A stretch of DNA of 64,000 nucleotides from an uncultured Clostridia bacterium. Its GTDB lineage: Bacteria > Bacillota > Clostridia > TANB77 > CAG-508. The notes beneath the pieces are model-generated. The model searched no databases, had not been told where the DNA came from, and worked only from the letters and a program-made list of their open reading frames with translations. Below are positions 9,548-20,136 of this stretch, in pieces. The first letter of the stretch is position 1; each line of letters begins with the position of its first letter. Both the position numbers and the translations under genes were made by a program. Location: positions 16,106-80,105 of the forward strand of contig CAOSLI010000004.1 in assembly GCA_948524275.1 (NCBI GenBank), in the 5' to 3' direction.

Positions 9548-11683
9548 TTAGCTAGTGTTGAATCTTGTTTTTATTCTTATTTTGCCGGCTTTATTTACTT
9601 TAAGAGTTATCTCCCCATTTTGGTCAGTTCTATATACTTTTATATTTTTATTTTTTAGTCTTTCTATTACTTCATTATTGGGGTGATTAAACTTATTATT
9701 TTCTCCTACTCCAATTAGAGCAAGCTTAGGATTTATGCAGTCTAGAAATCCCTCCGTTGTAGATGTTTTTGAACCATGGTGCCCAACTTTTAAAATAGTT
9801 GACCCAAGTGTATTTAAATTTTTATATTCCTTTACAATTTGATTTTCTGCTATTTTCTCTATATCTCCAGTAAATAATATTTCTGTATTGTAATATGTAA
9901 ATTTACATACTATTGCATTATTGTTTAGTGGGTTGTCACTAATCAAATTATCTGTTGGATGTAAAATAGTGCATTTAAGATTTTGCACGCTAAAATTATC
10001 TCCTTTTTGCACATATACAATATTAGTCTTTTTATTTTTGGCAATTGTTGTTATATCTCTATATAGCTTACTATCCTTTGCCTGATTTCCTATAATTAAA
10101 TTCTTAACCTTCATATTTTCTAAAATGTATATAGCTCCTTGGCAGTGGTCTGCGTCAAAATGTGACAGCATCATATAATCTAACACAGTTATTCCCTGAT
10201 TCAACAAATATCTATGAAGCACGCTTTTTCCTACATCATATGATGAATTCATGCTTCCACCAGTGTCTATCATTATTGTTTTTCCTTTGTATCTTATAAG
10301 TGTGCTATCTCCTTGTCCAACATCTATAAAATTTATAATTAGTTCTTCTTTAGCTGTGCTTACAAAATTAGTAATTCCAAAACTAAAGATCATGAAACAA
10401 GATAATAATATTGGTATTATTTTGTTTCTATATTTTATGCCTAAAAATATAATTAGATATATCGCCAAAACAATATAAACTACGTTTGTTGGTACATATA
10501 CTTTGGATAATGGAATTTTAGAACAAAGCTTTGCTATTTTCATAAGGAATGTTAGACACAACTCTAACATGATAAAAACTGGTTTAATTTTTATGATTAT
10601 AGATATAAATTCTAATATAATTATAACGCCTAGAAGCCCTGATGCCAGTACATTTGATATTATAAATGTAAACGAAATAGTATTAAATTTCCATATCATG
10701 ACTGGCAGTATAATTACATTTGCTGATAAAGTTACACTTACTATTTTAGATTTTATTTTCTTTGAAAAAAATTTATAGAATGTTACTATTCCAATTGCAC
10801 CTGAATAGGACAGCATTAGCCCAATATCAAAGATTACATATGGATTATAAATTACCTGAATTAATAACGAAATACTTAGCGAGTTCCAAAAGTCATTTCT
10901 CCTTTTTAGTATGCTTGCCAGTATTGTCATAACTGACATTATACCTGCTCTTGAAACAGATGGTGTATTTCCAGTTAAATTCATAAAAAATATTATTGAT
11001 ACTATTGTAATAATTTGCTCTATTCTTTTATGATTTAATTTATTTCCTATCCAGGTTACAATTAATATTATATAAGAAAAATGTGCGCCAGAAATTGCTA
11101 GCATATGTGTTAGATTTGAACCTTTAAAGTCTTCTTGTATATTGTCTGACAAATTCGATTTGTCTCCTACTAATAGTCCAATTGCAAGTTCGGCCTGGTT
11201 ACTTTTCAGATTTTCCCTTAGTGTTTTCTTTATATGTTTTCTCACATTAACAATTGTATTCTTTTTATTTGATTTATTTATGTTTGATACTTTACTTACT
11301 TTAAATATTCCATATATCTTCTTAGACTTTAAGTAAAGTGAATAATCAAAACCTCCGGAATTTCTTGCTTTTGTTGGCTCATTATATACAGCTTCAATCT
11401 TTATCATATCGCCATACTGAAATTGGCTATATTGCTCCTTATTTGTTCCTTTTTTATTTATGCTAATTATCTTTTTAGGAATGTAAATTAAAAATTTTCT
11501 TCCATCTATTTTTGCTGTATATACATAATTATATTCTTTCTCTATAGGCTCACTTATAATCTCTGCTGTAAAAGTTCCGTCATATGGTCCGTCATATTTA
11601 AAAAAGGCTACACCCATGCTGTGTAGCCCAATTATAATCATTATAGTTATAATCGCAAGGACACACAAAATTCTATGCTTCAT
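9548..11683 (-). CDS. comEC: DNA internalization competence protein ComEC/Rec2
   Basis: 711 aa with a polytopic competence domain and a C-terminal metallo-beta-lactamase domain (IDVGQGDS, HFDADH, GHHGS). Confidence 0.9.
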   Translation of the reverse strand: MKHRILCVLAIITIMIIIGLHSMGVAFFKYDGPYDGTFTAEIISEPIEKEYNYVYTAKIDGRKFLIYIPKKIISINKKGTNKEQYSQFQYGDMIKIEAVYNEPTKARNSGGFDYSLYLKSKKIYGIFKVSKVSNINKSNKKNTIVNVRKHIKKTLRENLKSNQAELAIGLLVGDKSNLSDNIQEDFKGSNLTHMLAISGAHFSYIILIVTWIGNKLNHKRIEQIITIVSIIFFMNLTGNTPSVSRAGIMSVMTILASILKRRNDFWNSLSISLLIQVIYNPYVIFDIGLMLSYSGAIGIVTFYKFFSKKIKSKIVSVTLSANVIILPVMIWKFNTISFTFIISNVLASGLLGVIIILEFISIIIKIKPVFIMLELCLTFLMKIAKLCSKIPLSKVYVPTNVVYIVLAIYLIIFLGIKYRNKIIPILLSCFMIFSFGITNFVSTAKEELIINFIDVGQGDSTLIRYKGKTIMIDTGGSMNSSYDVGKSVLHRYLLNQGITVLDYMMLSHFDADHCQGAIYILENMKVKNLIIGNQAKDSKLYRDITTIAKNKKTNIVYVQKGDNFSVQNLKCTILHPTDNLISDNPLNNNAIVCKFTYYNTEILFTGDIEKIAENQIVKEYKNLNTLGSTILKVGHHGSKTSTTEGFLDCINPKLALIGVGENNKFNHPNNEVIERLKNKNIKVYRTDQNGEITLKVNKAGKIRIKTRFNTS

Positions 11684-11764
11684 AAAATCCTTTCTGTGCC
11701 CCCGCTAGAAAATTCATAACATCTAATTATCTTTACTTATCTAAAATTATATCAATATTTATCA

Positions 11765-12694
11765 TTATTTCTTACTTGCCGATAAATAATCATTTTTTAT
11801 ATATGCCTTTATACCATTCCAAGTAACTTTATACCATCCATCTTGTTCTCCTGTTACTGTTACTGGTGTATTTTTTTCTATTCTATCAATTATATCAGAA
11901 GTAGTATTTGCATATCTTCTAATATTGACTGCCTCAGTATTTACATACATTGTTTTTGGAAATTGGCTGTTGCTATTTGATGAGTTTCCCTCATCTCCAT
12001 TTGACGTTTGTGAACCAATAGTACTATTATCTACACTTACATTTGTGTTATTGTTTGTCACCTGATTTTGTACACTATTAGTTGTTGTGTTTTCATTTGT
12101 CTCATTTTGTTGTGGTAATGTGTTCTCTAGTACATTATTACCTTGATTTCCTTGTGGTTCAGTCAATTGGTTCTTTCCACCTTTAACTTTGCTAGAAATT
12201 ACCCAACCTAATTTATCTTCTGACTGAATATATTTCCAATTGCCATTTTCAGAAATAATAGTAATCTTTGTATTTGCTTTTATCTTAGATATTTTTGTAG
12301 AATTTATAAGTGGTAGTACATATACATCTGCATCTGAGATCATTTTACAGTCATCTGAACCCTCACCTTGTGGCTCATTTTCAGACTTACCTGTTGTAAC
12401 TCCTGCCTCACCTGTTGTTGTTCCTGTTTGCGTTTCAGGATTTATATCGACATACTCATTCTTTACATATCCACTTAAGTTTTCATATGTAATCTTGTAC
12501 CATCCATCTTGTTCCTCTACTATATTTACAGTTACACCCTTATCTAATTTCTTTAGTATGTTTGTATCTACAGTACTTGCCCCGTCTCTTAAGTTAAGTC
12601 TTGGAGTGTTAACTGTACCTGTTTTAGCTAAAACTGTACCTGCAAAGATTGTCATAATCAATACAATTATACTTGTTATTATTATCTTTTTCAT
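11765..12694 (-). CDS. Secreted protein with repeated bacterial SH3 domains
   Basis: Signal peptide, then three units of the LNLR.G.S....GW.K... (SH3b-like) pattern separated by T/N/Q-rich linkers. Confidence 0.65.
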   Translation of the reverse strand: MKKIIITSIIVLIMTIFAGTVLAKTGTVNTPRLNLRDGASTVDTNILKKLDKGVTVNIVEEQDGWYKITYENLSGYVKNEYVDINPETQTGTTTGEAGVTTGKSENEPQGEGSDDCKMISDADVYVLPLINSTKISKIKANTKITIISENGNWKYIQSEDKLGWVISSKVKGGKNQLTEPQGNQGNNVLENTLPQQNETNENTTTNSVQNQVTNNNTNVSVDNSTIGSQTSNGDEGNSSNSNSQFPKTMYVNTEAVNIRRYANTTSDIIDRIEKNTPVTVTGEQDGWYKVTWNGIKAYIKNDYLSASKK

Positions 12695-12865
12695 AAAATA
12701 TGTTCCCTTCTTATGATTTATTTTATAATTTTATTACATCTGTCTACATGTTTCTTGTAAATATCTCTAATTGTGCTTTTATTCTATCACATAACAGCAA
12801 CAAAATAAAGTATTTTGAATAAATTTTCAAAATACTTTATTTTAATTCATTAATTTAATATTTAA

Positions 12866-13744
12866 TTACGCCTCTGGATTTGAATCAGTTTCATTTTTTT
12901 CTTTCGAGCTTGCTTCAACTGCATTATCTTTTTTACCTGTTCTATCTTCATAGAATGCAATGGTTGCAAAAGCAATATAAGGTGCTAACGCTATTGCTCC
13001 AAGTTCAGATGCAAATGTCGTTAATAAGCCAAAATGTATAAATCCTACTATTTTAGCACATAACCATCCAACTATACCTGCTAGAATTGCCCATCCTATA
13101 AATGAGAATACTAGGCAGAAATATCTCCATCTATTCTCTTTCATTAGGTCTTCACTTTTTTGTACACATTCTTTTGTTATCATTTCTGGTTTATCTATTG
13201 CTAGATATGTTGATAAAATGTAGTATAATGCTTTAATCATAAAGAATATAGTAACTATAACTGTTGCAATTGCTAATATTATTGTAATACCAGCTGTTCC
13301 TAAGGCTCCTGCTGCATTTGATGCTGCTATCATTTCAGTTGGTGATAGAACTGTAGCCATTCCTAAAGCATATGTACTTACAATTGCAATTATTAATGCT
13401 ATATATAATACAACTAATGCTATTACATATGGTAAACATTTTAATAATATATGTCCTGTAAGTCCCCATGATCTTCCAAAGTTGTCAAATCCCAATTTAA
13501 GAAAATCTAATGGTTTAACTTCTTCACCTTTCTTTATTTTCATGTATGCATACGTTACTCCATACATCAACGCTGGTGAAATTACCACTGTTGCAATTGA
13601 TACTAATATTCCTATTATTTTAAATGTTGCAACCCAATTTAATACACATATAATTAGTGTATATATAAGTGATACAATTATGGCTGGCTTCCATTTGCCA
13701 TCTAAGCTTTTTCTTGCTTTTTCTCTAAAATCTGCTGCTATCAT
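12866..13744 (-). CDS. DUF975-family integral membrane protein
   Basis: The N-terminus FREKARKSLDGKWKPAIIVSLIYTLI is typical of DUF975. Multiple TM segments. Confidence 0.6.
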   Translation of the reverse strand: MIAADFREKARKSLDGKWKPAIIVSLIYTLIICVLNWVATFKIIGILVSIATVVISPALMYGVTYAYMKIKKGEEVKPLDFLKLGFDNFGRSWGLTGHILLKCLPYVIALVVLYIALIIAIVSTYALGMATVLSPTEMIAASNAAGALGTAGITIILAIATVIVTIFFMIKALYYILSTYLAIDKPEMITKECVQKSEDLMKENRWRYFCLVFSFIGWAILAGIVGWLCAKIVGFIHFGLLTTFASELGAIALAPYIAFATIAFYEDRTGKKDNAVEASSKEKNETDSNPEA

Positions 13745-13840
13745 TTTTTCCTCCTTCTATAAAATTGATACTTTTGTATCAACTTTAATTTTATACTAAT
13801 AATTATACATTCAAAATGTAATTTATGCAAGATATTATTA

Positions 13841-13884
13841 TAAAAAATAGCAAGGTATTACAAATATTTGTAATACCTTGCTAT
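13841..13884 (-). terminator. Rho-independent terminator after tuf
   Basis: Long perfect hairpin ATAGCAAGGTATTACAAATATTTGTAATACCTTGCTAT followed by a T-run on the minus strand. Confidence 0.8.
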
Positions 13885-13918
13885 TATATTAATTTAAAGC
13901 TATTTATTCTTTAAATTA

Positions 13919-15121
13919 TTACTCGATAATTTCAGCAACAACACCTGAACCTACTGTACGTCCACCTTCACGAATAGCGAATCTTAATTCTTTTTCTATA
14001 GCGATTGGAGTAATAAGTTCAATTGTCATTTCAATATTATCACCTGGCATAACCATTTCTGTTCCAGCTGGTAATTCAATTAAACCTGTAACGTCTGTTG
14101 TTCTAAAGTAGAATTGTGGTCTATATCCATTGAAGAATGGTGTATGACGTCCACCTTCGTCTTTAGTTAGAACGTATACTTGTGCTTTAAATTTTGTATG
14201 TGGATTAATTGATCCTGGTTTGCTTAAAACTTGACCTCTCTCAATTTCTTCTCTTTGAATTCCTCTTAATAGAGCACCTATGTTATCTCCTGCTTCTGCA
14301 GAATCAAGTGTTTTTCTAAACATTTCAACACCTGTAACTGTTGTCTTCTTTCTTTCATTTGAAAGACCAACTATTTCAACTTCGTCACCAACTTTTAATT
14401 GTCCTCTTTCAACTCTACCTGTTACAACTGTTCCTCTTCCTGAAATTGTCATAACGTCTTCAATAGGCATTAAGAATGGTTGGTCAACTGGTCTTTCTGG
14501 TGTTGGGATATAGCTATCAACTGCATCCATTAATTCTTTTATACATGCATATTCTGGAGCTTCTGGATCTTTAGAAGCACATTCAAGAGCTTTTAATGAA
14601 GATCCCTTTATTACTGGAATATCATCTCCAGGGAAATCATATTTTGATAATAGGTCTCTTACATCCATTTCAACTAATTCTAATAGTTCTGGATCATCAA
14701 CCATATCGCATTTGTTTAAGTAAACAACGATGTATTTAACACCAACTTGTCTTGCTAATAAGATGTGTTCCTTTGTTTGAGGCATTGGACCATCTGATGC
14801 AGAAACAACTAGTATTGCTCCATCCATTTGTGCTGCACCTGTAATCATGTTCTTTACGTAGTCAGCATGTCCTGGACAGTCAACGTGTGCATAGTGTCTG
14901 TTGTCTGTTTCATATTCAACGTGTGCTGTATTAATTGTAATTCCTCTTGCTTGTTCCTCTGGTGCGCTATCAATTGCTGCATAATCCTCAAAGCTAGCTT
15001 GACCTTTTAAGCTTAACCATTTTGTAATTGCTGCTGTTGTTGTTGTTTTTCCATGGTCAACGTGACCAATTGTACCGATATTAACGTGTGGCTTATTTCT
15101 AACGAATTTTTCCTTAGCCAT
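13919..15121 (-). CDS. tuf: Elongation factor Tu
   Basis: 400 aa starting [27 protein letters not shown]. Confidence 0.98.
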   Translation of the reverse strand: MAKEKFVRNKPHVNIGTIGHVDHGKTTTTAAITKWLSLKGQASFEDYAAIDSAPEEQARGITINTAHVEYETDNRHYAHVDCPGHADYVKNMITGAAQMDGAILVVSASDGPMPQTKEHILLARQVGVKYIVVYLNKCDMVDDPELLELVEMDVRDLLSKYDFPGDDIPVIKGSSLKALECASKDPEAPEYACIKELMDAVDSYIPTPERPVDQPFLMPIEDVMTISGRGTVVTGRVERGQLKVGDEVEIVGLSNERKKTTVTGVEMFRKTLDSAEAGDNIGALLRGIQREEIERGQVLSKPGSINPHTKFKAQVYVLTKDEGGRHTPFFNGYRPQFYFRTTDVTGLIELPAGTEMVMPGDNIEMTIELITPIAIEKELRFAIREGGRTVGSGVVAEIIE

Positions 15122-15332
15122 TATAAATTCCTCCTTAATTTTATTTTATTATTAAAAAACAATAATAACTTAATTTCTATATCATCAATCTAGAGATGAT
15201 ATTTTGCATTGTATCCACATTCTATACTATTTTTGTAGAAAATGCAAGTGTTTCTTGTAATTTTTTATATGTTATCTTCTAGCTAGATATATTAGTATTC
15301 AAATTTACATCTAGCTAGAAATTATCCATAAA

Positions 15333-17426
15333 TTACTGGTTATCCTTTTTAGCTCTAGATGTTACTATCTGATCTAAAACTGATTTTGGAACTTCTTCAT
15401 AATGTGAAGGTTCCATTGCATATGTTCCTCTTCCTTGGGTTTTAGAACGTAAGTCAGTAGCATATCCAAACATTTCTGAAAGTGGAATAAATCCTCTTAT
15501 AACTTGGTTTCCGCTTCTAGCTTCCATTCCTTCCATTCTACCACGTCTGCTATTAATATCACCAATAACATCTCCCATATATTCTTCTGGAACTGTTATC
15601 TCAACTTTCATGATAGGCTCTAGTAGGGCAGCCTTACCTTGTTTACATCCTTCTTTAAATGCCATAGATGCGGCAATTTTGAAGGCCATTTCTGAAGAGT
15701 CAACTTCATGGTAAGAACCATCAACAAGTGTAACTTTGAAATCTATAACTGGGTATCCAGCAAGAATACCGCTTGTAGAAGCTTCTCTCATTCCGTCTTC
15801 AACTGGCTTGATGTATTCTTTTGGAACAGCTCCACCAACAATCTTGTTCTCGAATTGAATTCCTGAACCTGGTTCTAGTGGTTCCATCTCAAACCATACA
15901 TCTCCGTATTGTCCATGTCCACCTGATTGACGAACAAATTTACCTTGTACTCTAACTTTATTTCTAATTGTTTCTTTGTAAGAAACCTGAGGTTTACCTA
16001 CTGTACATTCAACTTTGAACTCTCTCTTTAATCTGTCTACTATAATGTCTAAGTGAAGCTCACCCATACCTGCAATTATAGTTTGACCTGATTCTTGATC
16101 TGTCCATGTTTTAAATGTTGGGTCTTCCTCTGCAAGTTTTGCTAATGCAATTCCCATCTTTTCACTATTAGCTTTATCTTTTGGCTCAATAGCTATATCA
16201 ATAACTGGTTCTGGGAATTCCATTGATTCTAGTATAACTGGATGATCTGGATCGCAAAGTGTATCACCTGTTGATACATCTTTTAATCCAACTGCTGCTG
16301 CAATATCTCCAGCATATACTTGATCTATATCTTGTCTATGGTTAGCATGCATTAGAAGTATCCTTCCTAATCTATCTTTCTTGTCTTTTGTAGCATTTAA
16401 GATAGTTGTACCTGTTGTACAAGTACCAGAATATACTCTAAAGAAGCATAGCTTTCCAACAAATGGGTCTGTCATTATTTTGAATGCTAAAGCTGAGAAA
16501 GGCTCTTTATCGTCAGTCTTTCTATCTGTTTCATTACCAGCTTCATCTATACCTTTGATTGGTGGAATGTCAAGTGGTGATGGTAGATAGTCAACTATTG
16601 CATTTAATAATTCTTGAACACCTTTATTTTTGTATGATGAACCACAAGTCATTGGAACTATTGTGTTATCAATTGTTCCCTTTCTAAGACCTTTCTTAAT
16701 TTCTTCTTCAGATAGTTCAGTTCCATCTAAATATTTCATCATTAATTCATCATCTTGTTCTGCTGCAGCTTCAAGCATTGCTTGTCTGTAGCTTTCTGCA
16801 TCTGCTTTCATATCCTCAGGAATATCACATTCTTCAATTTCTTTTCCTAAGTCATCTTTATGAATGAATGCTCTCATCTTGATTAAGTCTACAATTCCCT
16901 TAAATTCATCTTCTTTACCTACTGGTAATTGGATTGGAACTGGATTGCATCCTAATCTATCTCTCATTTGGTCAATACAAGCATAAAAATCAGCACCTGT
17001 AATATCCATTTTATTAACATATACCATTCTTGGTACTCTATATTTATCTGCTTGTCTCCAAACTGTCTCTGATTGTGGTTGAACACCACCTTTTGCTGCT
17101 AATACTAGAATTGTTCCATCTAATACTCTTAAAGATCTCTCAACTTCAACTGTAAAGTCAACGTGACCTGGAGTATCAATGATATTTATTCTATTATCTA
17201 GCCAATGACAAGTTGTAGCTGCTGATGTGATTGTAATACCTCTCTCTTGCTCTTGAACCATCCAGTCCATAGTAGCTGCACCATCATGAACTTCACCTAT
17301 TTTGTGAGTTATTCCTGTGTAGAAAAGTATTCTCTCTGTAGTAGTTGTTTTACCCGCATCAATGTGGGCCATTATTCCTATATTTCTTGTTCTCTCTAAA
17401 GGAAATTCTCTTCCGTTTCCGGCCAT
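15333..17426 (-). CDS. fusA: Elongation factor G
   Basis: 697 aa with [20 protein letters not shown] and DTPGHVDF. Confidence 0.98.
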   Translation of the reverse strand: MAGNGREFPLERTRNIGIMAHIDAGKTTTTERILFYTGITHKIGEVHDGAATMDWMVQEQERGITITSAATTCHWLDNRINIIDTPGHVDFTVEVERSLRVLDGTILVLAAKGGVQPQSETVWRQADKYRVPRMVYVNKMDITGADFYACIDQMRDRLGCNPVPIQLPVGKEDEFKGIVDLIKMRAFIHKDDLGKEIEECDIPEDMKADAESYRQAMLEAAAEQDDELMMKYLDGTELSEEEIKKGLRKGTIDNTIVPMTCGSSYKNKGVQELLNAIVDYLPSPLDIPPIKGIDEAGNETDRKTDDKEPFSALAFKIMTDPFVGKLCFFRVYSGTCTTGTTILNATKDKKDRLGRILLMHANHRQDIDQVYAGDIAAAVGLKDVSTGDTLCDPDHPVILESMEFPEPVIDIAIEPKDKANSEKMGIALAKLAEEDPTFKTWTDQESGQTIIAGMGELHLDIIVDRLKREFKVECTVGKPQVSYKETIRNKVRVQGKFVRQSGGHGQYGDVWFEMEPLEPGSGIQFENKIVGGAVPKEYIKPVEDGMREASTSGILAGYPVIDFKVTLVDGSYHEVDSSEMAFKIAASMAFKEGCKQGKAALLEPIMKVEITVPEEYMGDVIGDINSRRGRMEGMEARSGNQVIRGFIPLSEMFGYATDLRSKTQGRGTYAMEPSHYEEVPKSVLDQIVTSRAKKDNQ

Positions 17427-17451
17427 ATATTTTTTCCCCTTTCTCTAATTA

Positions 17452-17922
17452 TTAAAACTTGTAATGAGCAAAAGCCTTATTAGCTTCAGCCATCTTGTGC
17501 ATATCTTCTTTCTTCTTAAATGCTCCACCATTTCCTGCAACAGCATCCATTATTTCAGCTGCAAGTTTTTCTGCCATTGTTTTTTCATTTCTTGTTCTAG
17601 CATACTTAACTAACCATCTTAAACCTAATGTTTGTCTTCTTTCAGGTCTGATTTCTAGTGGAACTTGGTATGTTGCACCACCAACTCTTCTAGCTTTAAC
17701 TTCTAGAACTGGCATTACGTTATTTAATGCTTCTGTAAATACTTCTAGTGGTTCTTTTTCAGATTTTTCTTTGATTATATCAAAAGCATCATAAACGATT
17801 TCTTGTGCAACAGTTTTCTTACCATCAAGCATTACATTGTTAACTAATTTTGTAACAACTTTGCTATTGTATATTGGATCTGGTAATACATCTCTTTTTG
17901 CTATATATCCTTTTCTTGGCAC
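17452..17922 (-). CDS. rpsG: 30S ribosomal protein S7
   Basis: 156 aa starting [23 protein letters not shown] start preceded by GGAGGG. Confidence 0.97.
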   Translation of the reverse strand: MPRKGYIAKRDVLPDPIYNSKVVTKLVNNVMLDGKKTVAQEIVYDAFDIIKEKSEKEPLEVFTEALNNVMPVLEVKARRVGGATYQVPLEIRPERRQTLGLRWLVKYARTRNEKTMAEKLAAEIMDAVAGNGGAFKKKEDMHKMAEANKAFAHYKF

Positions 17923-18087
17923 TATTCTTCCCTCCTTTTAAAATTTTGATGCTAATATTACCGCATCATAGGTACTCTGAAAAGTTTATATTTCAAACTT
18001 TCCCGTCTAGTGCAATCTATTTCAAATTTAAGTACTAACTTAATTATCAATTATATTGCACCTTATTTTACGTTGCTCAAATACCTA

Positions 18088-18501
18088 TTATTTCTTAGGT
18101 TTCTTTGCTCCGTACTTAGATCTTGCTTGCATTCTATCTTTAACACCTGCAGTATCTAATGTTCCTCTTATAATGTGGTATCTAACACCAGGAAGGTCTT
18201 TTACTCTTCCTCCTCTTATAAGAACAACACTGTGCTCTTGTAAGTTGTGTCCAATTCCAGGAATATAAGATGTTACTTCGTAACCGTTAGATAGTCTTAC
18301 TCTGGCAACTTTTCTTAAAGCTGAGTTTGGCTTCTTTGGAGTTACTGTCTTAACAACTGTACATACACCTCTTTTTTGTGGTGATCTTCTGTCAGTTTGC
18401 TTATTCTTCATAGTATTGAAACCATGTTGAAGAGCTGGTGACTTAGATTTTGTTGTTGAAGTTTTTCTTCCTTTTCTAACTAATTGATTAATTGTTGGCA
18501 C
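18088..18501 (-). CDS. rpsL: 30S ribosomal protein S12
   Basis: 137 aa with [13 protein letters not shown]...[10 protein letters not shown]. Confidence 0.97.
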   Translation of the reverse strand: MPTINQLVRKGRKTSTTKSKSPALQHGFNTMKNKQTDRRSPQKRGVCTVVKTVTPKKPNSALRKVARVRLSNGYEVTSYIPGIGHNLQEHSVVLIRGGRVKDLPGVRYHIIRGTLDTAGVKDRMQARSKYGAKKPKK

Positions 18502-18638
18502 TTAAATTTCACCTCCTATTTAAAAAAATAAAAATACTGCTATCTAGTATTTCCGTATACTAAAATAACAGTATTATTTTATCATTTTGCTACATAAAAG
18601 TCAACTATTTTTTGCTAATTTTTTATTATTTTAAGTTG

Positions 18639-18667
18639 TTGCAATTTTATGTAAAGTATGGTATAAT
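18639..18667 (+). promoter_or_regulatory. Sigma-A type promoter with extended -10, island b
   Basis: TTGCAA (18639-18644), 17-nt spacer ending in TGg, TATAAT (18662-18667). The -10 region is homologous to the promoter at 44207-44235. Confidence 0.6.
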
Positions 18668-18752
18668 AGATATAACTTTTGGATTACCCAAGAGATTCAT
18701 TTTATGAAACTCGGAGGGTAACGCCTCCGAGTAATTACAAGGAGGAACAATT
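18668..18752 (+). promoter_or_regulatory. Conserved structured 5' leader, copy 1 (candidate cis-regulatory RNA)
   Basis: Hairpin TTCAT-TTT-ATGAA (18696-18708). Hairpin CTCGGAGG-GTAACG-CCTCCGAG (18710-18731). TTACCC (18684-18689) is complementary to GGGTAA in and next to the second hairpin loop. SD GGAGG at 18741-18745. 64 of 73 positions are identical to the reverse complement of 44122-44194. Confidence 0.6.
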
Positions 18753-19190
18753 ATGGATGAGTATGGAGTACAGAATTTTGAGGAACAGCAGTACGCACAG
18801 TATTCGGAGGAAATGTCAAGAGCACAGCAAGTGCGGGCAAAGGTTTTGGCGGCAAATCCAAAAATCACTATCGACAAATTAGCGCCGCAGATCTTCGATT
18901 GGGTCTTGGATCTCATAGATTCCGATGACCCCGAAAAAAAGAAACTCTTTGGTAAAGGGCAAGTACAGATATGGTACTATACCAATAGCAAAACCTTTTC
19001 TAAGATTTCTTGCCACGTAGAGGATTTCTCCTTAGCTTATAACAACTTTACTGCTGCCCAAATGAAAACTCTTTTCGAAGCAGTAAAAGAGCTCTTTGAC
19101 GATGAGGAAGGTTACACTACAAACATAAGCAGCGAACCTGTACGAATCATGTCTAGAGATGCCATAACGCTCGATATCTCCATCGAATAA
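18753..19190 (+). CDS. Hypothetical protein, 145 aa (GC-richer island b)
   Basis: Strong SD, an uninterrupted ORF, and its own promoter and terminator. No family recognised. In-frame CGG (Arg) at 18834-18836. Confidence 0.6.
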   Translation: MDEYGVQNFEEQQYAQYSEEMSRAQQVRAKVLAANPKITIDKLAPQIFDWVLDLIDSDDPEKKKLFGKGQVQIWYYTNSKTFSKISCHVEDFSLAYNNFTAAQMKTLFEAVKELFDDEEGYTTNISSEPVRIMSRDAITLDISIE

Positions 19191-19196
19191 TTGCAA

Positions 19197-19238
19197 AAAG
19201 GCTCCCCGCTTTTCGAAGCTGGGAGCCTTTCTTTTTAT
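19197..19238 (+). terminator. Rho-independent terminator of island b gene
   Basis: AAAGGCTCCC ... GGGAGCCTTT hairpin followed by CTTTTTATT. Confidence 0.75.
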
Positions 19239-19302
19239 TATACAAAACATTATTGTATACTTTTTCTATATAACACTTTGGTATTATTCTTATTTATTTA
19301 AA

Positions 19303-20136
19303 TTATTTATATATTCCAATACTTCTCATATAATTTATATATGCACTGTCTATTTTGTTCCAAATGTCAATCTCGTCATCTAGTATTGTATAATCTAGAT
19401 TTTTTCCTTCCATTTCTTCATAATGTTTCATAATAGGATTTTTAAATTTCTCAGGACACCTTCCTATAATACGGGCTATATCAAAGTATTTGTTTCCAAA
19501 TCCGCCAAATCCAAAGTCAATAACAGCTGAAATGTGATTATTCTCATCAAGTATAATATTACTTGAATTTAAATCGCCATGAACCAGTAAGTTATGTTTC
19601 TTATTTTTAAATTCGTCATATTTCCAAAACTTCATATCTTCTTTGCTAACGTGTACATTTAGGAGTTCGTCTAAAAAATCTACTAAATCCAGTCCTATAT
19701 TATTTATATCAAATATCTCACTATTATCAAATTTTATATTATGAAGTTGATACATAAATTTAGCTATATCTTGCGAAACAGTATCTATTTCAGCATCAGT
19801 CATGTTATCCATTTTGCTTGCTAAAACAGTACCTTCTATCTTTTTATGTATGCTAAAAGGTCTTCCATCATCGTATGAGAGATTAAGCCTTACAGTCTCA
19901 AAATCCGTCTTTCCGTATATAAATTTAGCAAATTCATAATCTTTTACAATTGTTCTAATCCAAAAATCATCTCTTGGAAATCTAAAGAAATAATTTCCAT
20001 CTGTTGTCTTTACCTCATAAACAATATTTGTCCATCCAGTTGTTATTTGGTTCATTTCTAAAATTTCTTTATCTTTAAGTTCTCTCTTGATTATTTTATC
20101 AAAATCATCATCAAGTGAAAAGTAATTTTTAGTCAT
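19303..20136 (-). CDS. Phosphotransferase-family kinase (APH/choline-kinase fold)
   Basis: 277 aa with the catalytic loop HGDLNSSNIILD and IDFGFGG (DFG-like). Confidence 0.7.
   Translation of the reverse strand: MTKNYFSLDDDFDKIIKRELKDKEILEMNQITTGWTNIVYEVKTTDGNYFFRFPRDDFWIRTIVKDYEFAKFIYGKTDFETVRLNLSYDDGRPFSIHKKIEGTVLASKMDNMTDAEIDTVSQDIAKFMYQLHNIKFDNSEIFDINNIGLDLVDFLDELLNVHVSKEDMKFWKYDEFKNKKHNLLVHGDLNSSNIILDENNHISAVIDFGFGGFGNKYFDIARIIGRCPEKFKNPIMKHYEEMEGKNLDYTILDDEIDIWNKIDSAYINYMRSIGIYK

Noticed and set aside
18710-18717. TCGGAG in the leader hairpin arms versus TCGGAG at both tsaC frameshift sites
   Set aside because: The ffh and clpE sites read ACGGAA and TCGGAT, so only CGGA is common to all four. 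The hairpin similarity is most likely coincidence.
18710-18731. Possible identity of the leader hairpin with a preQ1-I type (or other known small) riboswitch
   Set aside because: The loop is only 6 nt, the conserved preQ1 loop and tail nucleotides are absent, and the downstream genes are unrelated to queuosine. No known class matched from memory, so I left it as an unclassified motif.
18647-18916. ORFs 18647-18916 (-) and 44003-44191 (+) sharing the peptide LPSEFHKM
   Set aside because: The shared peptide is the conserved leader RNA motif read on the antisense strand. Both ORFs overlap better-supported genes and promoters. They were useful only as a pointer to the repeat.
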